Notes: generated from the sequence alone by a model not told the origin. Positions 1 through 13,041 are shown, counted from the stretch's first letter. The stretch: 64,000 nucleotides of DNA from Octopus sinensis (GCF_006345805.1 NW_021834582.1:22148-86147), one strand, 5' to 3'. A program made the numbers and translations.

Positions 1-893
1 ATTAAGATGGAATTGTTAACCATAATGCTCCTGTCTTGTATTGGTGGAGGATTTCCATGGCTCTGTCCTTCGTAACGAGTGCTTTCTAATCCGCTAATGT
101 CGTGATCTTGGTCATTTGGGTGGATTTGGGTTTCTAGTTGTTTAGAGCAGAGCAATTACCGTCAGGGAGAAGAAGCTTATGCGTTTTTTTATTTCCAAGT
201 TCCTTTAATATTCTTTTTTTACTAAAAGTTGTTGTTATTTGACATTATTTTTGAAGATTAAAATATAATTAATATTAATTTTATACAATCGTCGGTCCAT
301 TGTTGCTCTGAATAAACACACAAGTTGTTGTTGCGTAATAAATTAATATGCGCCAGTATATATTTGGTTTATATTTATTCTAAATTTAATATAATATAAA
401 ATAATTAAATTCTCGATTCTGAATGCTTCAAAATTTTATTTATGTGATTTACGATAACGTTGGTGAAACATGGAGGAACGTCAACAAACTCGGCTCCCTA
501 CTTGGAGACAGTGAAGATATTTCCTGCAGAAAGATGCTTGCTACCGCGGCTCTGAGCAGAATACGTAAAAATGGCTCCAATTTTTGTAAAAGCTGTGCCA
601 TCAAATTTAGCATTTTTTGAAACGCGTGCACTTTAGCAAAGTACAAATCTATTAAGAGAAGAGTGTAGACGACTTAGCGAGATGAACTGGCTGAGAAAAG
701 TGGATTTGATTTGGTTTTTGAACATTCCACTGGGTTTATGGCAATAGGCGATAACACTTGAATCCTCATTACACTTGGTTGTCGTTGTCAACCTAGTTGA
801 GTGACTATCTAGAATACTATTTTGTATTTTATTTCTAAATACCTGATAATTTTTGGAAATTGTTAGAAATAATTTTTTTAATATTTTTTGCAA
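1..893 (-). CDS. Multi-exon gene of unknown product, partial (runs off the window start; 5' exons may extend to ~1600)
   Basis: Successive minus-strand open frames (633-893, 449-646). A 26-nt GT..AG intron (gtaattgctctgctctaaacaactag, ~75-100) joins ...KLLLPD to an open frame ETQIHPNDQDHDISGLES... No recognisable motif. Confidence 0.35.
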
Positions 894-1942
894 GATTAAG
901 CTTTTTTTTATTCAAGGTGTAAAAAGAAATTAGTTTAATACTTTTTTGGAAAGCAATTTCAATAAACAGTGGTAGCCACCAGCAAGCAAATGAGAAATAA
1001 CTTTAAAGCAGGGGCCAGCTAGAAATCTTTCGTGAAATTGACATAAATATATCTTAGAATCCAAATTTTCGACGGATGTTGAAATTGTATTTTGTAAAAT
1101 AGATTTATTATTCTATGCTTGTTGAATGTTATCTTAATTTTATACAATTATGTTTTTATTTTCAATTTTTGTAAAACTAATCGAAGAATTGCTTATATCA
1201 ATTTGTAATATAGAATATTGAAGGAAAAAAACTTATTAAAGAGACTATTTACTTGTATATTTTATGTCAGAAATTGTAGTACTTTCACCAAAAAACCAAG
1301 ATTCTGATAAATTTTTATGTTGAGAAAATCTTTTTTGCTTCGGTTAAAAATAATGTTTTGAATACTCAATTAATTGGGAAATTAGATTATTTTATCTGTT
1401 TTTATATATGAATACATTAATTATAAAATCAAACAATAAACAATTAAATTATCTAATTAAGAGTTTGGCTTATATTTTCAAATATTTCTATTCTTCGCTT
1501 GGAAAAAAAATTTGTCTCAAAGTTTTTTTTGCTATTTCTTTATCAAAGTCTGCTACTATTTCTTTATTTAGCTGAGTACCTTGCGACATTCCAGCTCCGC
1601 AAGTTTATTTGCATCAGAGGAATACCTATCGTAGTCAATTTTATATTAAACAAATAAAAATTAATTTGCGACAAAGAATCAATTTAAAATAATATTTTCT
1701 CTATTAGACCGATAAATAAAATATTTTAAGTCCATTTGTCAGAAAATTGTTATAAAAAATTTTGGTTAACGTTAAAAATACAATACTAATTAGTTGACAT
1801 AGAAAAGTATCAAATTGATTCATGAAATGCGTATGTAAAATACTGATTGTTAGATATTAGGACGTCTTTGAATCTAATTTAGCAAATTTACTATATATTA
1901 AATATGTAAGTTTATTTGTATTTTAATTCAGTTTTTAAATAA

Positions 1943-2886
1943 ATGAGTTACTTACATGTATCAAAACAAAGAATTGGATTTATCATCTCAATCATATTTG
2001 GATTTTTGTTTGTATCTATAATTCTTCCTGTTCTCAACAAAGAATATTTTATTGCAATTTCTATGGTATTTTTATTTATTATTTATTTTATAATAAAAAT
2101 TTGGAATCGGTTTATTTAGGTTTATCTTCCTCAATATATAATTTATTGGTGTCTTTACATTCGAATTTCATTTTTTAATCACAAAAAATCACAATTCAAC
2201 AGAAATAAAATAATTGACATAACAAACAGCATAGTTTACGTTTATTGCTTATTTTGCGAAGAGAATGTGTTCTAAATATCTATACTATAATTTTTTAGGT
2301 ATAGAAATTCAAAACACTGTCGAGTATGTAATACTTGCATTATCGGGTTTGACCACCACTGTAGTTGGGTAAACAAATGCATTGGAACTAGAATTTATCG
2401 GTAATTTGAAAAAATGATTGTAGTTCATTTTTTGCATTGATATCCTTGGCATCGTTTTGTAATCTTTTCAAATTGACTATTATTTTCCTGGAAATTTATA
2501 TTTTTTTTGCAAAAAGAGAAGAATCAAATTTACTTTGTATTGAAAAAATAATTTAAATTATATTTAGTTAAACAAGATGGTCTCGTGGATCTACAAACCA
2601 CCAGCGATTTAAAAAATAGTTTTTTTAAGTGATAAAAATAGGAGTCTATTTTACATATTCTGGATTGAAAATCTGTTGGATCAATGTTCATGATTTTTAT
2701 TGGATTTTTTGTGCACTGATACTTATGTTTTTGGTAGCATTGGTTACGATCCCAATTCTCATGTTGACGTTGTTCCACATTTATCTCAGTAAATATTTAT
2801 TATTAATACATTTAGTTAAAAATAAAATGAGTACGTATTACTTTATAAAAAATCGGGTGGTAGACTGTCCGGCTTGCCTTTCTTAG
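1943..2886 (+). CDS. ZDHHC: DHHC-type palmitoyltransferase (multi-exon)
   Basis: After removing a 30-nt intron, 2250-2400 reads [35 protein letters not shown] (GAC CAC CAC TGT at 2351-2362). Hydrophobic TM segments lie upstream (from ATG 1943) and downstream (2629-2886). Exon boundaries approximate. Confidence 0.85.
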
Positions 2887-3020
2887 ATTATTTTAATATT
2901 TTTAAATTTAAATTTAAAGTATTTCTGGTTTCATAAAATAAATAAAATTAATTTTTTCTAAATCATAAATTCACGTTTTTTAATTTGTTGTGTACACTTT
3001 ACACATATAAAAATATATAC

Positions 3021-6000
3021 ATGAACACTCATCGCCCTCCAAATCAAATGGCTCGAATGCAAAATTTTGATGCCTTTATTCGGACATTTGTCCACTGCCG
3101 GTCAATCTGCACTCTCCACGAACTAATAATCGCCTACAATAAAACGACAGGAGTCTCTGATTTCTCACAAAATCAAATTGGTCCTTTCACAACATACCCA
3201 ACAGTGATCGAATTATTCCACGTATTTCCCCTTCTTAATATTAGATCAATTATGGAATGCCCCATGTTGCTCAAATAACAACATCCGACGTCTTAAATTT
3301 CTTAGAAGAGTTCATTAAATTGGGAAATTTCAGAACTCAGTCAGTTTTTGACTTTGTTCAGTTTGTTGTCCATAAAACAAGGTCACAAAGTCCTTACGAA
3401 CTGGGTCTTGTGATTGCAAACTTCCCAGCTTTAATCACGGTGTATTCTTAACCAATTATTGTTAGTATTTAAATGCAAACAGAGGAAACCAACCCGAAAT
3501 TGGACTTTCATTTTTAAGACTGTTATGTGGAAGGTTAAAGACTTCAGTTATCCAATTGGAGGAGAGCTTCTTTAATGAAGGAGTGATAGACAAACTAAGG
3601 TTGTGGTATTCCACTCAGCCATTCAATGTGGTGGCTTGTGATGTTTTTGACAAACTGAGGAGGCTCATGCAGGCTGCTGTCACACAGGCTCCTCCTCGTA
3701 TTAGAACGATGGTATTTCTTTCCAACATTTTTCAGTTAAATGTGGCCAAAGATGCAATTGTTAAATTTGACCGGATCGTACGTTCTCATGAACTACTACA
3801 GCTTATTGTTCAATATGCAGTTTGTGTCAGTAAAAGTGACTTCGATGATGACTTTTTTGTACATTTTTTGTCAGCTCGGATAGACAAACCTGAACTTTCT
3901 AGGGGTATTGTGTCTTGTTTATGATTTTAGAATATTTAATTGATTTGATATCTAAGGAGGTGAAATTTACTGGTTTTTCTGCGTTTATAAAATGTTTGTC
4001 ACAATTGGAGAAGTCTCTAAAGAAAGAGTATTCCATCAAGTCTTTCGAACAACTCGGATTTGGGTCACTAACGTCATTTATGGATGAAAACGGAATTCAA
4101 ATGCCAGTAGTTGTCTATAATCAATATTTAGAAGGATACTCCGCCAGAAATTGAGGAGGAACATATCCCTCGAATACTCTTGGAGGGAATAAAGGAGATT
4201 GTACAGCAGAGAAAGGATATAAATCCAAATGTATGTTAACTTGTTTATTTAAGCCTGTTAGTGGACAAGTCATTGCAGATCAGTTGTGTTTAAGAGCAAG
4301 TCACAGTGGTGATGAGATTGACGAGCTGTTAATAAGTGTTGGATTGGTGATAAATTCTCTTCTGAAAGGAATCGCAGTGGTTCTGATAATCACGGGCTTT
4401 TAAATAAGTATAAATTATCCGACTATAGTCAATCACCTGTTGTTTATGAATGTGTTTTACTTGATAATGATAGGTTATTTATGATTTTATATAATCTAGT
4501 CTTTTGTCTATTATCACATGTAATTCGTATGTCAATCTACATGAATTGGTCTCCAATGTTATTGTAGAAATTGAGGAGTGTCCATACATGACTAATATTA
4601 TTGAGTATTGCTCTTGGCAAGTAAAATATCAGCAGAGTTTGGGTTCTTTCACAGATTTTGTACGTTTTCATGGTTTTTTGTATGATTATTCAGTAATAGA
4701 TGTGAATTGTCGGTTTATTGAGTCGTTCCCTCAAATTATATACAAAATTCCTAAAGAATATTCGTTTGGTCTATTGGAAAGTTCGTTACAAAAGTACAAC
4801 TCTCGTTTATTTTGTGCACACCTCATGTCATTCCTTGCCAGTCCCTCATGTCCCCAAAAAATAGAAATGTTAGTTAAAATAACCAAAAAGCACTTTTCTG
4901 AATTCGATAAGTACGAGGGAATCGAATTTGTATTGAAATGTATTGAGATACTCCCTTGGCGTACATGTGCCACACTCGCTTATAAGGTTGAGGATATTTG
5001 GTTGTCATTTTAGATAATTCTGTTCCCATTCATTGAATGTGGTCTTGCCGTGTTGGACGATTTATTTATCTTTGACTCTATAAATGTTCAACAAAGACTC
5101 AGACTTCGTATGATTTTAAGGATGTACAGACCGGACTACATTCCAATAGAACATATTAAAACACAAAAATACATTCGTTCTCCTACTAAAGAGTCCATCG
5201 TTATAGAAGAAATTGAAAAAAATCACATTGAAGAAGAATTTACAATTCAAACTGATTCACAAATAGAAACAAGTTGGTAGTATTTAAGTGGAGTTTAGGG
5301 ACTTTGGATACTCGTCGTGGATTGTCATTGGAAGAGTGGAGTCAAGAGGTACATGATTTGAGAAGAAGTCAATTTGGAATTGGAATTGATGTCTGTGATG
5401 AATTGACAATGAATGTTATTCAAATGCAGCAAAGAAGATTGTCTCGAACAATCCAACAGCTTTCATCTGTATGACCAGATTATTGATATTAAAAGGACTT
5501 GTATTCGAATGATATTCATTTTGTCCTGGAATTAATCCAAAATGCGGACGACAACCAATATGAGAACGACCGTCCTACAATTTGGTTTAAACTGTCTAAA
5601 AATATAGTTTGTTTATGTCTGAGACATTTTAGGTGGAAATATGGAATAATGAATTGGGTTTTACTGTGGGGGACTTGACAAGCATATGTGACGTGGCTTG
5701 TAGTAACAAGACAACGTCGATAGGTAGGAAAGGGATCGGGTTCAAGTCAGTATTCAAAGTAAGTGACTGTCCGCAAATCCACTCAAACAATCTCCATATT
5801 GAGTTTTCAAGTCAATCTGAGCCAATTGGTTATATTGTTCCTGGTTTGTTATCTATTTTTACAAGTCGAGTAGAATTGGTGGAGAACGTGCCATCACTCC
5901 CTAATACAAGGATTATCCTCCCGTTGAATAGAGATATTTCTGTTAAAGACAAGTTATGTGATGTTGATGGAAGTGTTCTGTTATTCCTTAACAAATTGAG

Positions 6001-9000
6001 GCATATTGTGGTACAATATGAGGTTATATGTGATTACTTAATATTTCAGAATGAAACAATTTCCGATTTTTATCGGAAAGATCAATCGGATAGACTTATA
6101 AGTATAATTTCGAAAGGACAGTCAGTGATTGGCTTGTTGTGAGTAAAGAAGTTGCACATAGTCGTACTACGACAATAAAATTAGCTTTTCCACTTGATGA
6201 TGGACGAGGTCAACAGTCGGTCTATGCCTTCCTTCCAGTTCGTAGCTATGGACTTCGATTTGCTCTCCACGGGGACTTTGATTTGTCGTCGTCTCGTGAG
6301 GACATTTTATGTGACAGTGCTTGGAATCAGTTTTTATTGGCTCATTTCCCTCGAATGTTTGTTTCTGATGGTTTTGAGTCGTTTTCGCGACATTATTCGG
6401 AACATGAATCTATTTTGAATTTTTTAAAATTTGTTCCGAGGAAATCTGAAGTCAATGTTGTATTCAATCAATGGCTTCTTCGATTTCGGTTTTGATTCGG
6501 GAAATGCCCTTAATTCCTGTCATTGGCCAGGAGGGTATGCAAAAAACAGTTGAATGTCTCTTATTTGATGATCTGAGACTTCATTCTGATTTTTCGCCAA
6601 CTTTTTGGTCTGATGTGGCCCAACTGTCACTTGTCGATGTCTGTTTTGCTGGTAAAGTAGACAAGACTTTGTTGTGGGAGTTAGGGGTGAGGCGATTCTC
6701 TGTTGATTTAGCACTTCAAGTGTCTAAATCATTGGCTATATGGCCAAAAGAAGTTATTCTTAGTTTGGTTTTAGATGCTTTTATTTTATAGATAATTTAT
6801 CTAATATTTGTGCTCTATTGGCTTCAATTTATCAGCATATCACTTCATTCGGACTTGTAAGTGGTCATATGATGAATTACGTCATGCAATTGCCTTTATT
6901 TCCATTAAAGGACTGCTCTCTTGTGTCTTTGAATGAAAAACGGGTTTATTTTCATGAGACATCCTCCCCTGAATTCGAAGAGGTCAATTCTTTTAAAAAT
7001 AAAGGTTCGTTTCTTTTTAAAGTATTTTTAGAGATCTTGTCTCCGTTTTTTGAAAATCTCAGTTTTATTCATTCGGATTTGTTTAAGGACTCTGATTCTG
7101 TAGTAACCTCGCAGGCACAGCAGCTTCTTATTTTACTTGGTATTGAATCTGTGTCGATGATTCGACTACTTAATTCTCATATTATACCCTCGATATCTCA
7201 TTTGAATTGTTTATTGGAATCAGATCGAGAACTGCTGGTGGCAATTACTGTTGTTTTTTTCATTTTATGGAAAAAGTCGTCCAATGAAGTTGATTTGAAA
7301 CAACTCCCAATATTGGATGAGAATAATCAACTAATCAGAGGAGAAATGAGAAGAAAAGTACACCTCCGACCATTGGAGGGGCAGTCAATTGTAAACGTGG
7401 GACAATTCGCAGACCAAATAAGTCCACTATATTTCAATAAACATTCCATATCCGTAAATTTGTCATTATTTGTTGATTTTTTGTCACATTGTGGCGTTTC
7501 TAATGGGTTTTATTTTGAAAGCAAAACAATTAATGTATTTTTATTTAATTTTATGTTAAGGGGGTCGTTGATTTTGAATGTCCTGAAGTGACTAGCATAT
7601 TCAAAACATGCCTTGAGTCGTCATCTCCTGAAAAACGTTTCAAGCTAAGAGCTCTTTTTGAGCATATTGGAGAAAATTGGATGACCATTTATTCTAAATA
7701 TTCTTATGTATGTTTTGCGTTGATATTACAACTACAGATGTCGGACAAGTCCAAGTTGAGCTCGTTTGGTAGTAGTTTGGTAGACGAGAGTTGGATTCCT
7801 GGTGTGAAATTACCAGTCGGGGCAGATGATGGGGAATGCCCTAATCTTGTTCTTATGAGGCCGAGTCGAGTGTTTCTTCCTTTGAAAGAAATTGAAGACA
7901 TGTTGGGGAATCACGTGGTATATTTGGAATGTCCAGCCAATTTGCCACAATGTAGGAATTTTTATGATTTTTGTGGAATTGCCTCTTCGATATCTGTTTC
8001 CATATTAATGTCTCTACTTTCCCTTTGGGGACAAAGAGAAACAGATGTACCTAAACCATTTCTATCCTCAATATCATCAATGACACTTATTTATTCATTT
8101 TTGATGATTAAGTGTCCGCTTGATGATATTCGAACGTTTTTTAGGAAAGTGTCGTGTATATTTGTCCCTAATTTGCCCTATGATGGTACTGATGTAGTGA
8201 GTGGTGTATTTCTGCATGTTGGAGAAGTGTGTTGTCACGCCAATGCTCAACTGCTGTCCAGATATGGACTTTGTTGTGGAATTTCGCTACAAACTGTATA
8301 TCCGAAGGTTCGAGTTTTGGGTCATAAATTCAAGCTTTTGAGTTTTTTTGGAATTTTGGGATTGGAGAATCGTCTTAGTGTTAGTGAATGTGTGTCTGTG
8401 ATTAAACGAATGGGAGTGAATGGAGAGTGTTGTCTCGATGATCTGGTGGTAGTCCTACCAGCGTTGTTTGACGCTGTCGCCAGTGAGGGAGTTACATGGG
8501 AGAGACTAAGAAATGATCTCCTCCATATTCCATTTATCCCTGTGATGGATGGGGGCGTATGTAAGGTTAATTTTTTGTTTTTTCTTTAAATAGTTGTCAG
8601 AAGTGTTCATTGGAGACTCCTCTGACATATTTCCATTTATCAAGATTGTGGTTAGACGTTTATATTCTGGAAATGAAAGTATTTTCGTTTTAGTGACTAT
8701 TGATATAGAAATTGAAGGGTTATTGACTAATCTTGGTGTCCCAAGACTGAGTCAAAGCATTTTTAGTGAAGTCGTTGGTATTGAGGGACCTGTGTTTGAA
8801 TTTGAATCTCTCTACGTTTACACAAATCGAGTTCTTCCATTAGTCCGACAGTATTTGGCGGGTAGATTCAAAAAAGAGATATCGAGGGTTGAGGACTGTG
8901 CTCGAAAGATACCGAATCTTCGTATTAAAGCTGTTTTTAGCATTTTGTAATTCAAAGACTTGTGGCTTCTCTGTGGAGTATAGACTGGTGGCACAGGGAG

Positions 9001-9832
9001 TCGACAAGCGTGTGGTCGTATCAGAGTTGGTTGGTGTGTCTACAATGGCGAATACTATTTATTGTCAAATGGATTCTATGGAGGCAGTGCACAACATTGA
9101 GGAATTTTACCGAAGGACAGACTGTGTAGAGTTATTGAGTGAGTTCAATAATGCACTTGCTGGTCACTTGGTTGACGATTCTGAAGTTAGAAAGGAACTA
9201 TCTCAGTTTATGGATAGTCTTATTCATAGAACTCCTGAGTAAAGTTGCGCTTATATAATTTCAGGATGGTTACTAATTCTTTGGTGGATGCTCCCTCCAT
9301 TTCTAATCGGACAATATCAGTAAAGCCTGAAAAACGTGGAATTGGAACGTCTTTGGTGTCTGGTGGGAATAAAAAGATGTCATTGCCTAATAAAAACGAG
9401 TATAAATTGCCTTCCTCTATTCCTGACGTGATGAGCAGTCAGAATGCCTTGGACATTGGGTATCGAGGAGAGTTGTTTGTATTTGAATATTTGATGGGGA
9501 AGCTGAAGGCAGGAGAGGACGATTTAGTGCATGTTGAATGGCTCAATCAAATGCACGAGTCCGGGCTGCCTTACGACTTTATTGTGGAGAAGAAAAATGA
9601 AGAATATTGCTATATTGAAGTCAAGTCCACAGCTTATGATAAGAAGGATTTTATGCCTATTTCTTTAAATGAGATAAAGACTGCTATTTCTATTGGATCT
9701 GCATATCATCTTTATCGTGTTTATGGATGTTCTGAACAGGGGGAACGTGAGCAAACAATGTCTCTTAGAATTATTGAAAATGTACAGGCTTCGTGCATTT
9801 ATAAGAAAATTCGTCTTTTCGCAGTCATTTAA
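3021..9832 (+). CDS. NO VEIN-like / sacsin-type GHKL ATPase with C-terminal DUF3883 PD-(D/E)XK nuclease domain (multi-exon)
   Basis: Spliced DLYSNDIHFVLELIQNADDN (~5496-5560), WNNELGFTVGDLTSICDV...IGRKGIGFKSVF, AFLPVRSYGLRFALHGDFDLSSSREDI, and C-terminal GYRGELFVFEYL...WLNQMHESGLPYDF...YIEVKST. ORF breaks are mostly 23-29 nt GT-AG introns; one apparent 1-nt frameshift near 6470. Confidence 0.85.
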
Positions 9833-9933
9833 TTTGTCAATATTTTTGTTTTTTCCAGTAAAAAAAACATAATTAGAAAGAAAGAAAAAAGTAAGCAATT
9901 GGGTGGCTAAGGGAATTGTCGAGGGCCTGAGGG

Positions 9934-12831
9934 TCAGCTCAACGATGCCGCGCTGCGTATTGAGTGGCAGTTTCCGCGGAGCACAGCAACCGAGATTCGC
10001 TGGAACAGCCAGCTCGTCTCCCTCCGGTCGTTTGTTTTTGTGGAGATTTTTCTACCAATGGCGGTGAGGAGTTGAGTCGCAGCCTTTCCGACGATTCCAG
10101 AGGTTTCGAAGGCGAGGGGGGCAAACTCAAAAGCGTCCGAAATACACCGGTATTTCGTCATCTTTGTCTCTTCAGCCAGCGCACTGGCGGAACCCGGGTT
10201 TGCGACAGTCCTGGGAAGCATTGTCGCCGAAAAAGAGTCGACACACGTGGCATCCCAAACCAGGGACTTGCCTTCCCTAAAAGGAAAGGTCGTCATCCCG
10301 TCGGGACGCTTGCCGTCGCTCCGGGAAAGGCCGACTGGCTCTAGGGTGGAAGGGAAACCAGCCGACTCTAGAGCCCTCCTCACAACGTCATTCAGATGAG
10401 TGTGACGGGGAATTCTCCCGGCACTCTTCTTACACGACAAGGCGTGCAAGCCGTTTGACGAAATTGAGGACCCGCACCGGCAAGGGTGGGGCTGGCAGAT
10501 GTCCAAACCCAATCGTAAGCTGATCCCAATCCGCAAGGATTCGTCGTCCAGTAGTAACCCCGTACTAGGAGTGGGGAGAGCTTTGAGCCAGTCACCCGTG
10601 TGCGGCTGACAGGCGCAGTTAAGGGTGGCCAGCTGGAGTTGGTCCGACTTGGAGCGAAGTTTTCGTAATGTGTTCGAGCAGAGAATTTCGTCCCAGCCCC
10701 TTTGAACTGAAGGGATCGTGGGAAAATCAAGGTCGAGTGAGCACCACGTACGGCATGCAGATGAGAATTCCGAGAGCTCATTAAGTTCGAGAGAGGGAAG
10801 TAGAACTGAGCAAACGGAATTCCTGAAAGCCGACATGGATGAGAGATAGCAGGGTAGGGCCAGGTCCGCACAAGAGCGGATCCCGATCCCCCCGAAGCGA
10901 GTTGGTAAACTGGCACGGGTAAAACCGTCACCAGTGAACCTCAAATTGAGGTGGAATGTTAGCGATTGGTGGACAAGATTATCGATTCTGGATAATGAGT
11001 CTGTGGCAGCGAAACACGGGGAGGAACGGAGAATATAGGTCAGTCTGGGGACGAAAAGAAAGTTCTTCAACAAGAAAAACGCAAGATGCGAGCCAAGCCC
11101 ACGGATCCGATCAGTGAGTAGTTTAATTTCGTCCCATTTAGACGATAAGGCATTTTCTATGCCTTCAGCGGAAATTGGAGAGCCCAAGATAACTAGATCG
11201 CTGGTGGGCGTTAGCCTTAACCCAACGATCAGGCTGCTGAGAGAGGAGAATGTGTTGCGGAGAGCGGCGGGGGCAAGAGAAATGTTTACGAGTTCGCATT
11301 TTTCGCCGTTAAGAGATAGTCCGATCTTGGAGAAACCGGAAGTGATTCTCTTAACGTCTTCCATAACGACCTCTGTAGGTCCACCGATCGTCACGTCGTC
11401 CAGGTACCAGAAGTTAACAGTGGAAGAAAGGTTCCGTGCAATGTGGTCAACGGAGAGGGCAAACAGCAATGGGCCCAGTGGGTCACCCTGCTGAATGCCG
11501 CATTCTGACATGATGATCTGATCATGGATCAGAAGGCAGCTTGGGGCAGAGTATGCCAGCTTTACAATTGGGAAGAGAACGGGGCAACGTGCCGAGACCA
11601 CTTCGAGCAGATGGTCCCGGCGGACGCAGTTGAATGCGTTGCTGACGTCCAGCTTCACGATGAACTTGCAGTCTTCTGGCTTTGACTGGACAAGTTGGCG
11701 AGTGCCGTGCGCGAGAATTTCGCAGGCACCTTGGACGCCGACACCGTACTGGAAAGGGAGAAACTCCAGACTCAGGGGGGGAACCACCCTGCGGGACATT
11801 ATCTTGGCCGAGAGTCTCCTGAAAACGTTACCGACCGCAATGGGCCTCACGCCGCCATCGGCTTTCGACAGGGCAATGAGGCCAGCAGAGAAAAGAAGAT
11901 CTCTGGCGACGGTTGGAATCTCGCCCGAGACAATGTGCGAACAAAGACGAGTGACAGAAGATAGCAGGTCTTTTCCGGATTCGTGGGTCAATGGGCTCAG
12001 GAGATCGCGTAGGTGGATGGGCTTTACACCGTCTATCCCGCCGCTGCTACTGGGCGCAAAAGACCCGAGAGCGGCCGAAACCTCAGACGAGGTTATCGGG
12101 TTGGACGGAGCCGAAACTAACGTCGGTGTTGCACGGAGGTCGGTGGGAGCTTGGGGGTGTTTGCTGCGGAGTTGATTCAGGACAGCATCACACCGAGGAG
12201 CCACAGAGGAGTTGGATGAAATTGCGCGCACTGCTCCAGAGATATCGCCCTGGAGGAGTTTGCTTCGGACTGCCCGGGAAAAGCGCAATTCTGCGAGACC
12301 GGGCCGTTTTGAAGGTGCCTCCTTACAAGGGGGCGTAAGAGAGACAGACAGCCAATCAGAGTTGAACTCTGAGTGGACGTAAGATGTACAACGGTCCTTA
12401 ATCCGCTGGGCAGAAGAAACGTGATTAGCAGCGCATGAGCGCATAGGAGAAGAATTGAGGCAAACGGGAAAGAAAGAGAACAGCTTGAACCAAGGGTCAG
12501 GAGCGCTGGAAGCCAGCGCCTGGTCGATCAAGGCTGCGAGGGACTTGGCCACAGTGGGTCTGGCCGATTTTGGAATCCTTACTGGGATGAATGATTCGCT
12601 TCGGAAAGCAGATAAGGATTTGAGGAATTGAGAAGGGGTAAAATGGCTCCCGGGAATTGGGGATATGCGTTTGGGTAGACCAAGGCAACTCGGGCACTTC
12701 CAGCATTGGATAACGGCCGAGCTGGCCCTGGAGAGCCCGACGCAGGATAGATGGAAGTACAGATCGCAAGAGGAGCACAAGCGGCCCTTCTTGCGGGAAT
12801 TGGATGATTTACAAGAGGAACAAGTTGCCAT
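9934..12831 (-). CDS. PHD finger - reverse transcriptase - CCHC - RLE endonuclease polyprotein
   Basis: N-terminal CxxC...CxxC....HxxC...WxCxxC (PHD-like). RT motifs GVRPIAVG, KLDVSNAFN, QQGDPLGPLLF, YLDD. Zn-knuckle CRCG...LHALSC. RLE RH..LND...KRPDG...WDAT...K..KY...PLAFETSG...FQRISVAVLRGN. Confidence 0.93.
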   Translation of the reverse strand: MATCSSCKSSNSRKKGRLCSSCDLYFHLSCVGLSRASSAVIQCWKCPSCLGLPKRISPIPGSHFTPSQFLKSLSAFRSESFIPVRIPKSARPTVAKSLAALIDQALASSAPDPWFKLFSFFPVCLNSSPMRSCAANHVSSAQRIKDRCTSYVHSEFNSDWLSVSLTPPCKEAPSKRPGLAELRFSRAVRSKLLQGDISGAVRAISSNSSVAPRCDAVLNQLRSKHPQAPTDLRATPTLVSAPSNPITSSEVSAALGSFAPSSSGGIDGVKPIHLRDLLSPLTHESGKDLLSSVTRLCSHIVSGEIPTVARDLLFSAGLIALSKADGGVRPIAVGNVFRRLSAKIMSRRVVPPLSLEFLPFQYGVGVQGACEILAHGTRQLVQSKPEDCKFIVKLDVSNAFNCVRRDHLLEVVSARCPVLFPIVKLAYSAPSCLLIHDQIIMSECGIQQGDPLGPLLFALSVDHIARNLSSTVNFWYLDDVTIGGPTEVVMEDVKRITSGFSKIGLSLNGEKCELVNISLAPAALRNTFSSLSSLIVGLRLTPTSDLVILGSPISAEGIENALSSKWDEIKLLTDRIRGLGSHLAFFLLKNFLFVPRLTYILRSSPCFAATDSLSRIDNLVHQSLTFHLNLRFTGDGFTRASLPTRFGGIGIRSCADLALPCYLSSMSAFRNSVCSVLLPSLELNELSEFSSACRTWCSLDLDFPTIPSVQRGWDEILCSNTLRKLRSKSDQLQLATLNCACQPHTGDWLKALPTPSTGLLLDDESLRIGISLRLGLDICQPHPCRCGSSISSNGLHALSCKKSAGRIPRHTHLNDVVRRALESAGFPSTLEPVGLSRSDGKRPDGMTTFPFREGKSLVWDATCVDSFSATMLPRTVANPGSASALAEETKMTKYRCISDAFEFAPLAFETSGIVGKAATQLLTAIGRKISTKTNDRRETSWLFQRISVAVLRGNCHSIRSAASLS

Positions 12832-12962
12832 GTAAAGAATGATGCAATAAAGCGAAAGAAAAAGGAAAAGGAACGATTAATAGAATGATAACGACAGGAT
12901 AGATTAATAGATGATAGAATAATGAAATGATAACAAAAATAATAAAAATAGAAACAGCTTTT

Positions 12963-12991
12963 TTTCTTTCTAATTATGTTTTTTTTACTGG

Positions 12992-13041
<50 letters not shown>
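12963..13041 (+). repeat. Inverted copy of the element's 3'-terminal 29 bp followed by A50
   Basis: tttctttctaattatgttttttttactgg (12963-12991) is the exact reverse complement of ccagtaaaaaaaacataattagaaagaaa (9855-9883), followed by 50 A. Confidence 0.9.

Larger units (their letters stand above)
9855..13041 (-). mobile_element. CRE-clade (restriction-like endonuclease) non-LTR retrotransposon, full length, with inverted terminal repeat and poly(A) on the opposite strand
   Basis: One intact 965-aa ORF and visibly higher GC than flanks. 29-bp perfect inverted repeat at 9855-9883 / 12963-12991; A50 at 12992-13041; candidate 11-bp TSD ttttgtttttt at 9844-9854 / 13042-13052. Confidence 0.88.

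Noticed and set aside
3021-9832. NOV-like ATPase-nuclease gene as bacterial contamination or a prokaryotic defence island
   Set aside because: It carries the same tiny spliceosomal introns as neighbouring host genes.
9939-12778. Multiple antisense and alternate-frame ORFs overlapping the CRE ORF (likewise those over actin at 33594-34714)
   Set aside because: Expected shadow ORFs of stop-poor coding sequence; no recognisable motifs.
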